Below, piece by piece: positions 30,421-39,937 of a stretch of DNA of 64,000 nucleotides (position 1 is its first letter; the number at the start of each line of letters is the position of its first letter). Source of the stretch: an uncultured Acidobacteriota bacterium (GTDB lineage: Bacteria; Acidobacteriota; UBA6911); NCBI GenBank assembly GCA_964481255.1, contig CAYZTZ010000003.1:1174-65173 (forward strand). Direction: 5' to 3'. A model generated the notes under the pieces. The model was not told the DNA's origin, ran no database searches, and saw only the letters and a list, made by a program, of their open reading frames with translations. Made by a program: the position numbers and the translations under genes.

Positions 30421-31893
30421 ATGGCCCGTGAAAACATCGGGCGGCTGATTCTGCTGGGCGCGCTTCTATGCGCCGCGGTCGCGCCCGGCGCTTCGCAATC
30501 GGGGAAAACCCAGCCCGCCAAAAAGCCGCCCACGGTGAAGGATGCCGAGATCTACCGCAGGGCCATGGTCTATTTCAAGCAGGCGGAAGCCATGATCGGG
30601 ACTCCGAAGGAAAGCTCCGAGGAGCAGGCGGAGCTTTTTCGCAAGGCGATAGAGATCAAGCCGGATTTTCCGGAAGCCCATTACAATCTCGGCCTGATTT
30701 ACGCCGGCCGAAAGAGGATGAAGGATGCGGCCGCGGAATTCGAGACGGTCCTGAAGCTGAGGCCGGATTTCGATGGAATCCACATGCTTCTCGCCTCCGC
30801 CTACCAGGAACTCGGGGATCAAGAGTCGGCGGTGAAGTCGCTCGAGGAAGGGCTGCGGCTCAAGCCCGACGACGCGAAGATGCTGAAGGCGCTGGCCTAT
30901 CTGCAGACGCTTTGCAGGATGGACCAGGACGCCGTCCGCACGCTTTTGCGGTATCTCTGGGTCGAGCCGGCCGATTCGCACGCGCGCCTGGAACTGGCGC
31001 TTCTTTATCAACGCAATGATGATTTCGAAAAAGCGCTGCCGGTTCTCGAGGAGGTTTTGCGCGCCGATCCGGGGAATTTCGCGGCGCATTTCAATCGCGC
31101 CCTGATTTACCTTCGTCAGAAGAGAAACGCCGAGGCGGCCGCGGAACTGGAGGCCGCCGATCGCATACAGCCCGGAAACGCCGAGGTCCTCGAAAGGCTC
31201 GGGGACGTGTACGCATGGGAGCGCCGGCATGAGAAGGCGGCGGCCGCCTACCGGTCGGCGCTTGAGAAAGCCCCGCAGCGGGCGGCGGCCCTCAACGCGA
31301 AACTGGGATTCAGCCTGGCCAGCCTGAAAAAAACGGCGGAGGCTGTCTCGGCCCTGGAAGCCTCCGCGCGCCTGAATCCCGCAAACGCCGACGTCCACTT
31401 TCTGCTGGGCGATCTGTACGACGATTGCGAGCGGCCCGAGGACGCCGCGGCCGCTTACCTGAAATCGCTGGAGCTCAACCCGAAACAGGCGGATGTCCGC
31501 TATAATCTGGGCACGCTTTACGCCAAGCAGAACAAGCTTCAGGAAGCCCTGGCCGAATTGAAGCTGGCGGTGGAACTCGATCCGGCATACGCGCCCGCCT
31601 GGGCGAACCTGGCGCTGGTGGCCGAGAAGCTGGAATCGGATGCGGACGCCATCGCGGCGCACGAAAAGCTGATCTCTCTCGGCGAGGGGCGGGCCCTGAA
31701 TTACTTTCACCTGGGCGTGCTTTATGCAAAGACCAACCGGCCGGATCCCGCCATCGCGGCTTTCGCGCGGGCGATCGAGATGGAACCGGAAAAGTATCGG
31801 GCCATGCTCCGGGAGGAACTGAAAAAGGTGCGCTCGGTGCTCGACAGCGTGCGCTACAAGGAAGGCTTCACGAAACTGCTCGCCGCGCCGTAA
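30421..31893 (+). CDS. secreted TPR-repeat protein
   Basis: Signal peptide (LILLGALLCAAVAPGAS), then about 12 TPR-like repeats (AHYNLGLIY, VRYNLGTLY, ...). Confidence 0.75.
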   Translation: MARENIGRLILLGALLCAAVAPGASQSGKTQPAKKPPTVKDAEIYRRAMVYFKQAEAMIGTPKESSEEQAELFRKAIEIKPDFPEAHYNLGLIYAGRKRMKDAAAEFETVLKLRPDFDGIHMLLASAYQELGDQESAVKSLEEGLRLKPDDAKMLKALAYLQTLCRMDQDAVRTLLRYLWVEPADSHARLELALLYQRNDDFEKALPVLEEVLRADPGNFAAHFNRALIYLRQKRNAEAAAELEAADRIQPGNAEVLERLGDVYAWERRHEKAAAAYRSALEKAPQRAAALNAKLGFSLASLKKTAEAVSALEASARLNPANADVHFLLGDLYDDCERPEDAAAAYLKSLELNPKQADVRYNLGTLYAKQNKLQEALAELKLAVELDPAYAPAWANLALVAEKLESDADAIAAHEKLISLGEGRALNYFHLGVLYAKTNRPDPAIAAFARAIEMEPEKYRAMLREELKKVRSVLDSVRYKEGFTKLLAAP

Positions 31894-31936
31894 GAGTTCG
31901 AGATTCAAGGCCCGATATCCGAGACGGCGGTCCTGT

Positions 31937-32908
31937 TTACCCCTTGGCGCCCGATTTGCGGCTGTGATCGAGGAAATCGGAGAGCTCGCGCGGAGAAAGG
32001 CTGTAGAGATCCTGCGGGTTGCCCGGCGGCTGGTTTTTCCATCGCCGGTGACCCCAGAGCCACGATTCGGGCTGTTCGCGGACGATGCCTTCCAGCACGT
32101 CATTGAACAGCTGCGTGTTGACCCGCAGGTCATGCTGCATGTCCCCGGTGCGGATGACGTCGATGGGAGGAAGGAATTTGATCGTGTAGCGACCGCGGCG
32201 CATCGGCGTCAGGTAACCGGTCAGAACGGGAGCGTCCGTCCGCAGGGCGAAAAGGGCGACGCTGGTGGAAGTGGCCGCCGGGATCCCGAAAAAATCGGCG
32301 AAGACGCCCTCCTGCAGGCTGGTGTTCTGATCCATCAGAATGCCGACCGCACCGCCCGATTTCAGGCTCTCCAGGACGCGGCGCGCGGAGTTTTTCTTGA
32401 CAAGGACTTCGTTTCCCTTGGACTGGCGGATTGTCTGAAGGTAGCGTTCGAGGACGGGATTGTCGAGGGGGCGCGTGATGAAGCCGAGGGGATGGCCGTA
32501 AAGAGCGTGCGCCGCCGGCAGAAGCTCCCAGGAACTGAAATGGCCTGTGAGGTACAGAATGCCTTTCCCTTTGGCGCGCGCCGCGAAATAGTTATTCAAA
32601 CCCTGCTCGTCGTCATACGCGGCGATCGATGCGATGTTTTGGGGCGTCAGATAACACAGGCGGCTGATTTCAAGAAGATTCATCGCGGCGTTCTGGAAGC
32701 TTTTCCTCGCGATCCTGCTCCTCTCCCGCCGGGAGAGTTCGGGAAAGGCGATCTCAAGGTTCACGCGCGCGATATGCCTGTGCCGGCCGTCCAGCCAATA
32801 AGCGGCCCACGCCAGCGCCCGTATCAGGACGATGCCCCAGCGGCGCGGCAGGACGCGAAACAGGCCGATGACGGCTCGAACCAGACCATACGCCAGACGG
32901 GAATTCAA
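31937..32908 (-). CDS. lysophospholipid / lipid A late acyltransferase (LpxL/HtrB family)
   Basis: N-terminal TM helix, an HFSSWE (HX4E-type) motif, and length and layout typical of Kdo2-lipid IVA acyltransferases. Confidence 0.7.
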   Translation of the reverse strand: MNSRLAYGLVRAVIGLFRVLPRRWGIVLIRALAWAAYWLDGRHRHIARVNLEIAFPELSRRERSRIARKSFQNAAMNLLEISRLCYLTPQNIASIAAYDDEQGLNNYFAARAKGKGILYLTGHFSSWELLPAAHALYGHPLGFITRPLDNPVLERYLQTIRQSKGNEVLVKKNSARRVLESLKSGGAVGILMDQNTSLQEGVFADFFGIPAATSTSVALFALRTDAPVLTGYLTPMRRGRYTIKFLPPIDVIRTGDMQHDLRVNTQLFNDVLEGIVREQPESWLWGHRRWKNQPPGNPQDLYSLSPRELSDFLDHSRKSGAKG

Positions 32909-32959
32909 TGTCCAACACCCTCAGCCGGTGGTATATTTTAGCCCTGACGCGGCGGCGCC

Positions 32960-33634
32960 GTGCCGCCGGTGTCGCCTATGGCCGTCAAGAATCGACGTCT
33001 CTTTCCGCTTCTGCTGGCCGCCGCGCTCGCGTGGGCTTCCGGCCCCGTCCGGGCGGGGTACAAGGCGCGCGACTGGACCATCCGGCCGCGGGAAACCTAC
33101 CCCTCGAGCCTGACCAGCGAAGGCGTCACCATTGCCGTGGAGCCTCTTTTCAACGACGCGCTGGCGGCGCGGGTTTTCGACAAGAACGATATCGTGACCC
33201 GCGGCATTATGCCGTTGGCTGTCGTTATTTTCAATGACAACGACTTCGCCGTGGAGATCGACGGCATGTCGATTGAGCTCATCCATGGGAGGGAGCGTCT
33301 GCGGACCCTGACCCCCAACGAAGTCGTCTACAGGCTCTTCCGGAAAGAGACGTCGTGGATCAACCGCCCCATCCCGCGCGTCCCGCGATCGCAGCTCAAC
33401 GCCGAAGCCCTCGACGACTTCGATCGAAAGTTCCTGATGGAAAAAGTCGTCGAACCCCGCGGCAAGGGCGGCGGCTTCCTTTTCTTCCATATCGTGGATC
33501 CCGCGAACGCGGCCTCCTATCTCGCCGAGTCCGCGGTTTACATTCCCGACATTTACCGCCGGGAAGACGGCTCCCGCATGATTTATTTCGAAATCGAGCT
33601 CAAGGCCGCCGTATCCTCCGGCGCGGGCGATTGA
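32960..33634 (+). CDS. hypothetical exported protein
   Basis: Signal peptide RRLFPLLLAAALAWASGPVRA. The mature part looks beta-rich. I recognised no family. An alternative ATG lies at 32978. Confidence 0.55.
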   Translation: MPPVSPMAVKNRRLFPLLLAAALAWASGPVRAGYKARDWTIRPRETYPSSLTSEGVTIAVEPLFNDALAARVFDKNDIVTRGIMPLAVVIFNDNDFAVEIDGMSIELIHGRERLRTLTPNEVVYRLFRKETSWINRPIPRVPRSQLNAEALDDFDRKFLMEKVVEPRGKGGGFLFFHIVDPANAASYLAESAVYIPDIYRREDGSRMIYFEIELKAAVSSGAGD

Positions 33635-33644
33635 GATTCGCAGC

Positions 33645-34031
33645 ATGGGCCGGAACCGTCTCGAGATGGAGACTCCGTATCGTGAAGCCCTGGAGGGGAT
33701 TCTGGCCTTTTCCACCTTCGCGCAGGCCGAGCGGACAATCCGGGCCCTCGAAAAATTATGTCGGCATTATCGGCTGGCGAGCGATAAGAAGGGAGTGGAT
33801 TACTGTCGACAGGTCGCCCTTCTGGGGCGGCGCCGGGCGGAGCTGATCAGCCGCAACGCAAGGGTGTCTCCTTCCAAGCGCCTCCGCCACAGGGAAGTGG
33901 CGAACTGGTTTCGGATATGGCTGGAAACGCCGTCCTTGTTCGACGACTGGCTCCAGATGAGAAAGGAAACCGCGGAATTCAGGGAACTGCTGGAGATGGA
34001 ATCCCTGCAGGAGGCCCGGACACGGAGATAG
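33645..34031 (+). CDS. hypothetical helical protein, 128 aa
   Basis: Good codon bias. 10 nt after the upstream stop and 2 nt before the next start. No recognisable motif. Confidence 0.5.
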   Translation: MGRNRLEMETPYREALEGILAFSTFAQAERTIRALEKLCRHYRLASDKKGVDYCRQVALLGRRRAELISRNARVSPSKRLRHREVANWFRIWLETPSLFDDWLQMRKETAEFRELLEMESLQEARTRR

Positions 34032-34033
34032 GA

Positions 34034-35455
34034 ATGCCCCCTCGGATCAACATCGCTGAAAATCGGGACTTCGTCCTGGAAACCTTACGCTCGGAAATCA
34101 CCGCCGACGGCGGCTGCCTGGCCGCCTGGGTCCGCCGGCTTCAGTCCTGCGGCGCGATCGACAGTCTTTTTCGGCTGGAGACCTGGCTGAGGGGCCTCCG
34201 CTCCTTTTTCAGCCTTGATCATATCCCTCTCGGCGAGACCGAAATCGAGGACCTGGTCGGCCGCAGTTTCGCTGCGGAAATCGGGATCATCCGGACCGGC
34301 ATACAGACATGCGAGGCCTTGGGCTTCGCGGTGATCCAGGCGGACGCCAAGAGCGATTTCCAATGGGAGGCGATCATCCGCACGCGCCTGCGCAGAGTCC
34401 GGATGCCTGATTTTCACGTGAGCCGGACGGCGCGGCAGCTGAGTCCGAGAGACAGCGTCGTCGAACTCCTCGATTTTCTGAACGACCTGAGCGTGACAAT
34501 GGACGCCGTCAGGAGCCCTTCGGCCCTTAACTACCCCTATTTCAGGAGTCTCGGGAGGTGCTTCGAGCGCGGATTGAGAAGCTGCCCTTACGTGGACAGG
34601 CTGTTAAGCCGGCGCTCCCGGCCCCAATATGATTCCATCGGCGGGCCTCTTGCGCAAACTCTGGGCGGCATCCCCGACGGCGGCGTCCGACGCGGCGTTA
34701 CGCTTGCCCTGCTCCACCTGTTCCGCATCCTCAAATACCTCGCGCTGATCGCGGAGGATCTCGACCGGGATCGCCCGCTGAAGCAGGACCTGGTCCTTTT
34801 TTCCCTGGTCCACAAGGAGATGAACCTCCTCGCGGATTTCCTGAGAGATCGCTTCATCAGAGAAGGGGGCTCCCGGCATCCCTGGGGAGGGACGGCGGAG
34901 CGGGTCGCCTATTCGCTGAGAATGGAAGCCCAGAGGGTTCTCCGGCGCGAACTGATTTTCGTTTCCGGCGAGGCGGACCCGTCCGCGATCTACACAAAGA
35001 TCGAAAACAGCCACGGGCTCCTGCGCAACTGCAGCGAGAGCTGCGTCACGGCGCTGCTCGAAGCGGCGGACGCGAACTTCGATCCCGCGGCCCTCTTCCC
35101 ATATAAGGCGAAGCAAAAGGCCGAAGCCGAGAAGCTGCGCCGGGATCTCGAAACCCTTCGGCAATGGCTGACGGACATACTCGGGAACCGCGAAGAGCTG
35201 GACGCGAACAGGATCGCCGAGCGCCTCACATCCTTCAAGAAAGCCTCCCTGCGGTCGCTGATGCACCGCGACTGGGCGGAATTCGAGAGCTTGCTGGACG
35301 CCCTGACGCTCGCGGGCAGTTTCATCGAGGCCAGGACGCACATCCGGAAGTTCGTCGCTTTTCTGGAAATGCTGATTCAGGAGATCTCCAAACGCAGCGT
35401 CCTCCAGGCACAGACACGGCCGGCGGAAGCCGCATCGACGACGCCGGCCCGGTAA
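34034..35455 (+). CDS. hypothetical all-helical cytoplasmic protein, 473 aa
   Basis: ATG at 34034 follows the upstream TAG by 2 nt. No TM segments or catalytic motifs recognised. Confidence 0.55.
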   Translation: MPPRINIAENRDFVLETLRSEITADGGCLAAWVRRLQSCGAIDSLFRLETWLRGLRSFFSLDHIPLGETEIEDLVGRSFAAEIGIIRTGIQTCEALGFAVIQADAKSDFQWEAIIRTRLRRVRMPDFHVSRTARQLSPRDSVVELLDFLNDLSVTMDAVRSPSALNYPYFRSLGRCFERGLRSCPYVDRLLSRRSRPQYDSIGGPLAQTLGGIPDGGVRRGVTLALLHLFRILKYLALIAEDLDRDRPLKQDLVLFSLVHKEMNLLADFLRDRFIREGGSRHPWGGTAERVAYSLRMEAQRVLRRELIFVSGEADPSAIYTKIENSHGLLRNCSESCVTALLEAADANFDPAALFPYKAKQKAEAEKLRRDLETLRQWLTDILGNREELDANRIAERLTSFKKASLRSLMHRDWAEFESLLDALTLAGSFIEARTHIRKFVAFLEMLIQEISKRSVLQAQTRPAEAASTTPAR

Positions 35456-35782
35456 AGCGAAACCCTTTCCGCCGATTTCATGGATTGTTCCAATATCATC
35501 CTGCCTCCCGGGATGTATGACTTGGGATTCCAAGGCGAGGCAGAGGCGCGCCCAAACCCTCAATAAAGCCCGGAAACGCCGCCATCGTTGGATCCGCCCA
35601 AAGAACCGCGAATTCCGCCAAGGACGGGTCCCTGATTGAATCCGAATGATTCGCGTCCATTGCGGATATCGCGAAAAATCGGGGCCTGCCGCGGAGAATC
35701 AGACTGTTTGCAGCACAAATTCATGGGCGCCGGGTGAGGAGTTTGCTACCATAGCCCTTTGTTTGTCGGCGAGGGACAAGCC

Positions 35783-37060
35783 ATGGAGGATCTGCTTTTA
35801 AACAATCTGCCGGGCACAAGGGACCTGCTGCCGGATGAGATCGCGCGCTGGCAGTTCGTGGAGGAACAGGCCCGCCGCATTTTTTATCGTTACGGCTTTC
35901 TTGAGATACGGACGCCCATCCTGGAGGCCACGGAACTTTTCGCCCGCGGGATCGGCAGGGATACCGACATTGTCGGGAAGGAGATGTACACTTTCATGGA
36001 TCAAAGCCGGCGCTCGGTCACGCTTCGTCCTGAAGCCACGGCCTCGGTGGTCCGCGCCTATCTGCAGAACGCGATGCACCGGGGAGGGGGCGTCACCAAA
36101 CTGTATTACATCGGGCCCATGTTCCGTCACGAGAAGAAACAGAAGGGGCGATGGCGCCAGTTTTACCAGATCGGCGCGGAAACGCTCGGGACGGATCATC
36201 CCGCCGCCGATGCCGAGATGGTGGAGGTGGCGCTCGGCCTCCTGGAGTCCCTGGGGGTTCGCGCCAGGCTCCTGATCAATTCCGTGGGATGCGCCCGGTG
36301 CCGCCCCCCTTATCTCGAACGTCTGCGCGCCGAACTGCGCGGTCATCTGCAGGACCTCTGCGAGGACTGCCGGCGGCGGGCGCAAACAAACAGCCTCCGC
36401 ATATTCGACTGCAAGGTCGAAACCTGCCAGCCGTACATTCAGGAACTGCCGGCGATCACAGACCATCTGTGCGGGGACTGCGCCGGGCATTTCGCCGGGC
36501 TCAAAATGCATCTTGAGGAAGCGGGGATATCCTACGAAACAGCGCCCCGTCTGGTGCGCGGACTGGATTACTACGTGCGCACGGCCTTTGAGATCGTCAG
36601 CGGGGAGCTCGGCGCTCAAAACGCCCTTGCGGGAGGCGGGCGATACGACGGGCTGTCCGAGGCTCTCGGCGGCCCGCCCGTGAGCGGGCTGGGGTTCGCG
36701 CTGGGGCTGGACCGGCTCGTGATGGTCCTTCCCGGGGAACGCGCCGCGGAATGGGAATGGCGGCCGGAGCTTTTTTTGGCCTATCTGGGCGAGGCGGCAT
36801 TCCGCAGGGCCCTCGAAATCGCACGGGATCTGCGGCGCAGGGGGCATGCCTGCTGCCTGGATTTCTCGGCCGGAAGCCTTAAGAGCCAGCTTCGGCTCGC
36901 CAATAAGCTGAAGGCCGATCACGTGCTGATCATCGGGGACGAGGAGCTGGCCCGCCGGCGGTACTCCATCAAGAGGCTGGACGACTCCCGGCAGTGGGAG
37001 GTGTCCACCCCGGAACTGATCGCCTATCTCGATTCCCGCCCACGGACGGCCCATTTCTAG
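35783..37060 (+). CDS. hisS: histidine--tRNA ligase
   Basis: GTRDLLP, FRYERPQ-like MFRHEKKQKGRWRQFYQ, and GGGRYD class II motifs. ATG at 35783 is preceded by GAGGGA. Confidence 0.93.
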   Translation: MEDLLLNNLPGTRDLLPDEIARWQFVEEQARRIFYRYGFLEIRTPILEATELFARGIGRDTDIVGKEMYTFMDQSRRSVTLRPEATASVVRAYLQNAMHRGGGVTKLYYIGPMFRHEKKQKGRWRQFYQIGAETLGTDHPAADAEMVEVALGLLESLGVRARLLINSVGCARCRPPYLERLRAELRGHLQDLCEDCRRRAQTNSLRIFDCKVETCQPYIQELPAITDHLCGDCAGHFAGLKMHLEEAGISYETAPRLVRGLDYYVRTAFEIVSGELGAQNALAGGGRYDGLSEALGGPPVSGLGFALGLDRLVMVLPGERAAEWEWRPELFLAYLGEAAFRRALEIARDLRRRGHACCLDFSAGSLKSQLRLANKLKADHVLIIGDEELARRRYSIKRLDDSRQWEVSTPELIAYLDSRPRTAHF

Positions 37061-37095
37061 CGCACCCGACGGGGGCGGTGGCGCTTGATACGGAC

Positions 37096-38934
37096 ATGAA
37101 CAGGATTCAGGTTCTTCCTGAAATCGTCGCCAACAAGATCGCCGCGGGCGAGATCGTCGAGCGCCCGGCCTCCGTTGTAAAGGAGCTTGTGGAAAACTCC
37201 ATCGACGCCGAGTGCCGCTCCATACACGTCACGGTTCTTTCGGGCGGGAAGCGCCTGATAACGGTGAGGGACGACGGGTCCGGCATGAGCCAGGACGATG
37301 CCATCCTGGCCTTTGAGCACCATGCGACGAGCAAGCTGAGGACCGCCGACGACCTGGCGGCCGTCACGACGCTGGGGTTCCGCGGCGAGGCGCTCCCCTC
37401 CATCGCGGCGGTCTCGCGCCTGACTCTCAGGACGCGCGCGGCGGATGAGGAATCCATTGCAGGGACCGAAGTCGAAATCCATGGGGGCGTCCTGCGCTCC
37501 GTAAGACCGGTCTCATGGGACAGGGGCACGGAGGTCACGGCGCGCGACCTTTTCTATAATGTGCCGGCGCGTCGCAAGTTCCTCCGCTCCAGGGAAACGG
37601 AGCTGGGCCATATCGCCAGACTGGTGACGCATTACGCGCTGGCGCATCCCGAAATCCGGTTCACGCTGCTCAGCGATGGGCGCGTGCTCCTCGACGCGGT
37701 CTCTGCGGGGAATCTTCGGGAGAGGGTGTACCAGATTTTCGGCGAGGGATTCCTCGACAACCTTGTCGAGATCCACGGCGCCAGCGGCTCGATGGAGGTC
37801 CGGGGCTTCTGCTCCCTGCCGCACGAACAGCGGACGAATCCCTATTCCCAGTTCTTCTACGTGAACCGGAGGATGGTGCGCGACAAGGTGATCACGGGCG
37901 CGGTCCGCCAGGCGTATCACAACTGCATTCCCGCTTCCGCCTATCCGGTGGTCATTCTTTTCGTGGACCTCCCCTTCGAGAATGTGGACGTCAACGCCCA
38001 CCCGGCCAAGACGGAAATCCGGTTCCGCGATCCAAACGCGGTGCGTTCCCTGGTGCTGGAAACGATGGAGCGCGCCCTGACGCGGGGCTCGGCGATCCCG
38101 TCCTACGAACACCGGGAGGACGCTTCGGCGAGCGCCTCTTTCGGGGCGCAGGCGGAATCGAGGGCGCCGCTTGCGGAGGAGGTTTTCGATTTCACGCGCG
38201 CCGGCGTTTCCCCGGGCCCTTTTCAAAGGGCCTTCAATTATCCTTTCCGGGAGGTCCCCGCCGGATTCCATACGGCGGAAGAGAGCCACGCGTCCCTGCG
38301 GGTTCTGCCCGAAATGCTCTACGACACGGCCGCGGAGACAGGCCGTCCCTTTCAGTCCGAAGGCGTGCGGATTCTCGGCCAGCTCCGGGACAGTTACATA
38401 ATCGCCTGCGACAGCCAGGGCCTGCTGATCGTCGACCAGCACGTGGCGCATGAAAGGATTCTTTACGAAAAGCTGGCCGCGGCGGTGCGGGGAAGCGCCG
38501 TGGAGACCCAGCTGCTCCTGGTCCCGATGGCGCTCGATCTGGCGCCGCACCAGGTCGCGCTGCTCCGGCGCGTGATGCCGGAACTTGAACGGAACGGCTT
38601 TCAGGTCGAGCCTTTCGGCGGCCCGTCCGTGCTGATCCGATCCGTTCCCGCCGTCGCCGGAGACGCCGATTGCCGGAAGTTGCTTCTGGAAATAATCGAG
38701 GGACTGGAAGGCGACGAGAGGACCCTGGACATCGGAAAGATCCGGGACAGGATAGCGGTTGCGACGGCCTGCCGCGCGGCGGTCAAGGTCAACACGCCGC
38801 TCGCCCCGGAAAAAATGCGATGGCTGCTCGATGAGCTGGCGCAGACGCGCATCCCGACAAACTGCCCCCACGGCCGGCCCATTCTTCTCCGTTTCAGCCT
38901 CTATGAAATCGAGCGCAATTTCGGCCGGATCTGA
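37096..38934 (+). CDS. mutL: DNA mismatch repair protein MutL
   Basis: IAAGEIVERPASVVKELVENSIDA is the GHKL ATPase motif. C-terminal dimerisation region carries QHVAHERILYE and CPHGRP. Confidence 0.92.
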   Translation: MNRIQVLPEIVANKIAAGEIVERPASVVKELVENSIDAECRSIHVTVLSGGKRLITVRDDGSGMSQDDAILAFEHHATSKLRTADDLAAVTTLGFRGEALPSIAAVSRLTLRTRAADEESIAGTEVEIHGGVLRSVRPVSWDRGTEVTARDLFYNVPARRKFLRSRETELGHIARLVTHYALAHPEIRFTLLSDGRVLLDAVSAGNLRERVYQIFGEGFLDNLVEIHGASGSMEVRGFCSLPHEQRTNPYSQFFYVNRRMVRDKVITGAVRQAYHNCIPASAYPVVILFVDLPFENVDVNAHPAKTEIRFRDPNAVRSLVLETMERALTRGSAIPSYEHREDASASASFGAQAESRAPLAEEVFDFTRAGVSPGPFQRAFNYPFREVPAGFHTAEESHASLRVLPEMLYDTAAETGRPFQSEGVRILGQLRDSYIIACDSQGLLIVDQHVAHERILYEKLAAAVRGSAVETQLLLVPMALDLAPHQVALLRRVMPELERNGFQVEPFGGPSVLIRSVPAVAGDADCRKLLLEIIEGLEGDERTLDIGKIRDRIAVATACRAAVKVNTPLAPEKMRWLLDELAQTRIPTNCPHGRPILLRFSLYEIERNFGRI

Positions 38935-39000
38935 AGCAGGCGGTAAGCGGAGGTCAAGGTCCGGATGGGCCCGGCCGGGCCGCTCCGGGACGAGAGGGCG

Positions 39001-39879
39001 TCAGGCCCATTCCGAGACCGATCCCAGACGGCGGAACCTTTCATAGCGCTGGTCGAGGAGCTCGAGTTCCGATTTGGCCATCAGGGCTTCGAGATTGGGC
39101 CGAAGCTGGCGATCGAGATAGTCGGCGGCCGCGTCGTAATCCTTATGGGCGCCGCCGGGCGGCTCGGGCACGACGGCGTCGATGACGCCCAGGGCTTTCA
39201 AATCGGACGCCGTTATTTTCAGGGCGGCGGCCGCTTCGGCGACGTGCTGCTGGTCCTTCCACAGGATGGCGGAACACCCTTCGGGCGTAATCACGGTGTA
39301 GATGGCGTTTTCCTGCATCAGGACATAGTTTCCCACGGCGATGCCCAGGGCGCCCCCGCTGCCTCCTTCTCCGATGACGCAGACCAGGACGGGCACTCGC
39401 AGACGCGACATTTCCCTGAGGTTATACGCGATCGCTTCGGCCTGCCCGCGCTCCTCGGCTCCCATGCCGGGGTATGCGCCCGGGGTGTCGACGAAACAGA
39501 GGATCGGGCGGCGGAATTTATCCGCCAGTTTCATGGCCCGGAGGGCCTTGCGGTAACCCTCGGGCTGCGGACAGCCGAAATTGCGGTACTGGCGCTGCTT
39601 GAGATCGCGTCCCTTTTGATGCCCCACGACCATGACGGGCGTGCCGTGGTAGAAGGCCATCCCGGCCACGATGGCCGGGTCATCGGCGAAGCGCCGGTCG
39701 CCGTGGATCTCCGAGAAGCTCTGAAAAAGCCTTTCCACGTAATCCAGGGTGTACGGCCGCAGGTCGTGCCGCGCCAACAGCGTCCGGCGATAAGCGTCGC
39801 CCGCGGCGTCGCTGCGGAGTCGTTCCAGTTCGGCCCGCAAACGCTCCAGTTCTTCCTGGGGTGATTCGCCGTTCGCCAT
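39001..39879 (-). CDS. accA: acetyl-CoA carboxylase carboxyltransferase subunit alpha
   Basis: FIDTPGAYPG, EERGQAEAIA and IGEGGSGGALG motifs. Confidence 0.9.
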   Translation of the reverse strand: MANGESPQEELERLRAELERLRSDAAGDAYRRTLLARHDLRPYTLDYVERLFQSFSEIHGDRRFADDPAIVAGMAFYHGTPVMVVGHQKGRDLKQRQYRNFGCPQPEGYRKALRAMKLADKFRRPILCFVDTPGAYPGMGAEERGQAEAIAYNLREMSRLRVPVLVCVIGEGGSGGALGIAVGNYVLMQENAIYTVITPEGCSAILWKDQQHVAEAAAALKITASDLKALGVIDAVVPEPPGGAHKDYDAAADYLDRQLRPNLEALMAKSELELLDQRYERFRRLGSVSEWA

Positions 39880-39937
39880 GTCTGCCTGTCCCCTTGATCG
39901 CTGCCGCCGTTGCCGAAAATCCGCAACGGGCCCGCTG

